Shown here: positions 60,401 through 64,000 of the stretch, one piece after another
Numbering within the stretch: position 1 is the first letter of the stretch
How the letters are laid out: each line of letters opens with the position of its first letter
From: Macrostomum lignano
Lineage: Eukaryota
Reading direction: 5' to 3'
DNA: 64,000 bases
Assembly: GCA_002269645.1 (NCBI GenBank)
Contig: NIVC01002205.1
Coordinates: 62,001-126,000 of the forward strand
The notes under the pieces: generated by a model
The model's input: the letters and a program-made list of their open reading frames with translations, nothing else
Database searches by the model: none
Told to the model about the DNA's origin: nothing
Made by a program: the position numbers and the translations under genes

Positions 60401-63400
60401 GGGGGACAGAGAAAACAGGGGCGAGTGTTAAAATTTAGCTCGATTTGTTATGGGGTCTGCGCTGTGTCTGGTAAACATCGGAGGGGTGGCTGTTTTCGAA
60501 CAGGGTTGAATTTGACTATGGTCCGAGTTAAAGGGTGATTCAACATTCAGTATAGGGGCTTCGAGGGGTGAGGATATACTAGAGGGAATGGCGATGAGGA
60601 GGCCTCCCACACCCACTCAATTCGCGGTGCAGGAGGGTTTGGTAGTACAGGCTATAATTAAGTCTCAACTTGCTGTTGTCTCTTACTGTTTTTGCTCTCT
60701 TTTTCAATTATTGAAATGAAAAAAATATACGCTTTTCCAATGTGAAACTATATGAATACAGTCTTTTTCAATAGAATCTTGATTTGTAACTCTACTAAAG
60801 GTAGTAGTGTAATCAGCTACATGTAGGTTTTGAATAATTGACATATAAATAGGAATATGTATATAACGTGGTTTTTAAAACTTGGGTGTTGACTCATTTG
60901 GATGATATTGTACATGTAGTAGGGTTTCGAGTTGTAATCTTGGGGTGTGCGCGCGCTGGGGATGACACTGTAGATTAATGTGAGTGTACATGTAGAATTG
61001 GGGATAGACAATTTGGGATAGGGATTAATGTACATGGAATTAATGTACAATTTGAGATAGATAGGGATTAATGTACATGGAATTAATGTACAATTTGAGA
61101 TAGATAGGGATTAATGTACATGGAATTAATATGAGCACATGGTTATTACGACTACATATTGCCATATCACGCTTAGGATAGCGTTTTTGTATACTACTTA
61201 CTTCATTTTCAGATAGTAGTATAATTTGCGTTTTTTGCGTCAAAACATCTGAAAACCCAGCAGATTTGGCGCGATACGTAGTATTGTCTGCAACAACCAT
61301 CATTGTACAGTATGTGACTACAAATGCATAGCTAAAATTATTGGATAAATATGCCAATGCTAAGGCTAAGCCAATATATATATATAGTTCATATAATTTC
61401 CAAAAATAGTAATAAAAATTTCTAGGTATTGCTTTTAGAAAATGTTTCATTTTTACAATAACTGTATGATATTTTAACATTTGCAAGATCGATCCAGACT
61501 ATTTCGCTTCTTTGTATTTTTTTAGATAACTTTATATTAGCATCGATTTTGTTGTATTGTTTAAAAAAATATTATTTAACGTTAGTGCTGTTTGAGTCTC
61601 CCTAAACGCCCGCACCGCCCTGCAGCGTACACATTAAAACAAATTGGACTATAACTGAAGACATTTCAAAATACGTTTTCTGTTAAGATTCAAAAATTTT
61701 TATTAAATTTAGTTTTTTTACTTTGAAATATAAAATTCAGTGAATAATAAGTGATTTTAATAGTAATATTATTTAAAATAATATTAGGCAGTTTTTTGCA
61801 CCGTAACCGTGTGAATATTGCCGGTGTTATTTACTACACGGTAACTGAAAAAATACCTTCTAAATAGTTATCCTATCAGGGACTACTCAATATTTGTCCC
61901 TGTATCTTGTATTTTCATAATGAGTTTTAACTAACTAAAGTCGGTAGATGGAGTTTAGGCTTGATTTATATGTGTTTATAGCTTAGCGTTTTTTTATTAG
62001 CTCGTACTCGTATACTATTATTAATGCAAAGTACGAAGGGTGTTTCAAAAGAAACGAACGACAACGTTTATTTAAAGTAAACTAAAGTTATTTTTTTAAT
62101 TACTCTTACAACAAATAGTTTTCTCTGCAATCAAATACTGCATTAATAAAAAATGTTATAATGTGTAGCGGTTCGGGACACCGGTGTGCGAGGTGCGAGT
62201 GCGTGTTTTATGGAGATCCGTGCTGTTTTTTCTAAGAAGGTAAAAGTAAAAAGTGTATAAAAAGCATATCTAGGTCATTTCGATCAGAAGGAGGATTGGA
62301 AGTGCAACGTGCAACGGTTCGTGTCCGAAACAGTTTAGGGCGAAACGACCGTTTACCGATGATGTGATGGCAAACTCTGCATTTGTATCGTTTCAGTTTG
62401 CCTGCCTGTAATTTTACATATACTGATTTTGATATAGAAGAATTCACTGTCTATACTTTATAGGTATAGGCCCATGCCCTATGAAGGTTATGAAATTATC
62501 AACTTTCCCTTAGGCGGCCTACGCCTGGGTTTATGATTTTATGAAGAGGATACCAGATTACCAGTGCATGTTGCATCTATGTTTTAGGCTTAATAATATT
62601 ATTAATAATGCTTACCTGAGTCTAATTCCAGATAAAAAGAAGTTAGTTTTATTTGTTTTTATACATTTTAGAACTAGAAGTACAACTAGGCCAACATAGA
62701 ATCTTTTTTTCTAGAGTTAAAGATAAACAATTGTAACTATTTGTATACATTTTTGTCTGAATTAGAATAATTTCAACAAGCCTAAACTGCTAAACAAAAT
62801 GAATGATATTTTTTTATCTTTGGTTGAACAATCAATAGTCTTATGATTTCTCAAGATTTTCAAGACCTAAACTCTATACCTAAATGTAAACTTCTGAACT
62901 TGTGAAGATTCAAGAATATTGCCATGTTGACTAAGATGGAATTCTTGTACAAAAGTTGTTATGCGTTTGTGTGTGCTTGTCAAATTCATATGCACTTGCG
63001 CACTGAAAAAGAGCCTACTTGCGCGCTCTTAAAGGTGTGTGCGCTCCATCGTATGCACTTGCACAAGAAGCTGTTTGCCACAAAATCACAAATAGGATTT
63101 GACTTTTACATGCATTCAACATGGTTATATGCCATGTGGTATATGCACGGTTCCGGCCGAAGTTGTCATATTCGAGATCGTCATCTGCAGCTTACAAGAA
63201 AAACAACTAAATTATCTAAATCGTCATCATCTCAGTATTGGACAATGCTGCATTAACAAAATCGTCATATTGTGTTGCATTGGCTGCGCAAGGATCTTAG
63301 CTCATGGCGGCAGCGTGTTCTTGTTTGCCAACAAATTAAAAGATTTACATTTTATAACTTAAGGCTTATTCAAACTACCATTAAATGAGCCATCAAAATC

Positions 63401-63708
63401 AGTCAAATACAAAGGAATCAAACTAAACGAGCCTTTATAGGCCAGGGAAATAATCTCGATTATGCATGTACATTATGTACCCTGTACAATGTAACAGTGT
63501 ACATTTAGTTTTTTGGTCTCATGTACATGATGTATATGTATATATATATTGCATGAATAAGAGCAGAGATATATGTACATGCATGTGCTTACACTGAATA
63601 TTGAGCACTCCTGCAATGCTTTTACTGCAGCTTAACTTATAAACAGGGGCAATCTCTACTAGTGAGTTGATAAATCGTGAACTGATAAATAAACAATTAC
63701 TGAAGGCT

Positions 63709-63876
63709 ATGTATCCATGCATAGTTTGTCGCAAAGAAGTTCAACCGAAGCAACATGGCTTTCAGTGTGATGGTTGTCAATGCTGGCAACACAGAGTAGG
63801 GTGTTCGTCAGTCAGCCTAAATGAGTACCGCAGACTCTAGGGTACTGTCTTTCATTGGTCTTGCAGTCAGTGTGAG
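63709..63876 (+). pseudogene. PHD-finger relic with an in-frame stop, probably transposon-derived
   Basis: MYPCIVCRKEVQPKQHGFQCDGCQCWQHRVGCSSVSLNEYRRL*GTVFHWSCSQC gives a C4HC3 pattern, with TAG at 63838-63840. Confidence 0.65.
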
Positions 63877-64000
63877 TGCATGGAAGTTACAAAGTACATG
63901 TAACTGTGTGTGTTAAAAACTAGCATTGCTTGATTGCTTTTTTACTATGTATATGTATTTTTTGGACAGGCTCTATTGAACAGCCTGCTGCTCAACTTAA

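Larger units (their letters stand above)
51803..61282. mobile_element. 9,480-bp near-perfect palindromic (foldback) element with 6-bp direct flanks, no coding capacity seen
   Basis: Arms 51803-56537 and 56586-61282, 48-nt spacer, termini ACTACGTATCGCGCC...GGCGCGATACGTAGT, ATTGTC at 51797-51802 and 61283-61288. Mirrored ORFs translate identically. Confidence 0.85.

Noticed and set aside
52511-60616. Paired identical short ORFs on opposite strands
   Set aside because: They mirror the palindrome, mostly have non-ATG starts and show no domains. I used them only as evidence of arm identity.
62232-62447. KCRVCHH..., resembling a piggyBac C-terminal Cys domain
   Set aside because: The remaining Cys/His ligands are not recoverable, and no TTAA or TIR evidence was found.

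Overview
This is eukaryotic (animal) genomic DNA with GC-rich exons, GT-AG introns and TTAGGG repeats. A spliced-leader RNA gene of flatworm type suggests Macrostomum or a relative. Host genes: a 6-exon ADAR1-like editase with an intact Z-alpha domain (4751-9325 +), a HOATZ-like ciliary gene (-), an intronless PAQR/membrane progestin receptor (+), a 3-exon claudin/PMP22-like gene split by a transposon (-), a 4-exon BCL11-type zinc-finger gene (+), and two tandem intronless TspO/DUF1774-like membrane-protein paralogues (-). Mobile DNA: a complete Mutator (Phantom-like) element with 8-bp TSD, a complete Chapaev element with 4-bp TSD inside an exon, two hAT-type MITEs with 8-bp TSDs, relics of a LINE RT, a P-like transposase and a PHD finger, and a minimal hammerhead ribozyme. 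There are also about ten minisatellites. The most striking structure is a 9,480-bp, apparently non-coding, near-perfect palindrome (51803-61282) with about 4.7-kb arms, a 48-nt hairpin-containing apex and a flanking 6-bp direct repeat. All calls were made by eye and from recalled motifs. No database searches were run.
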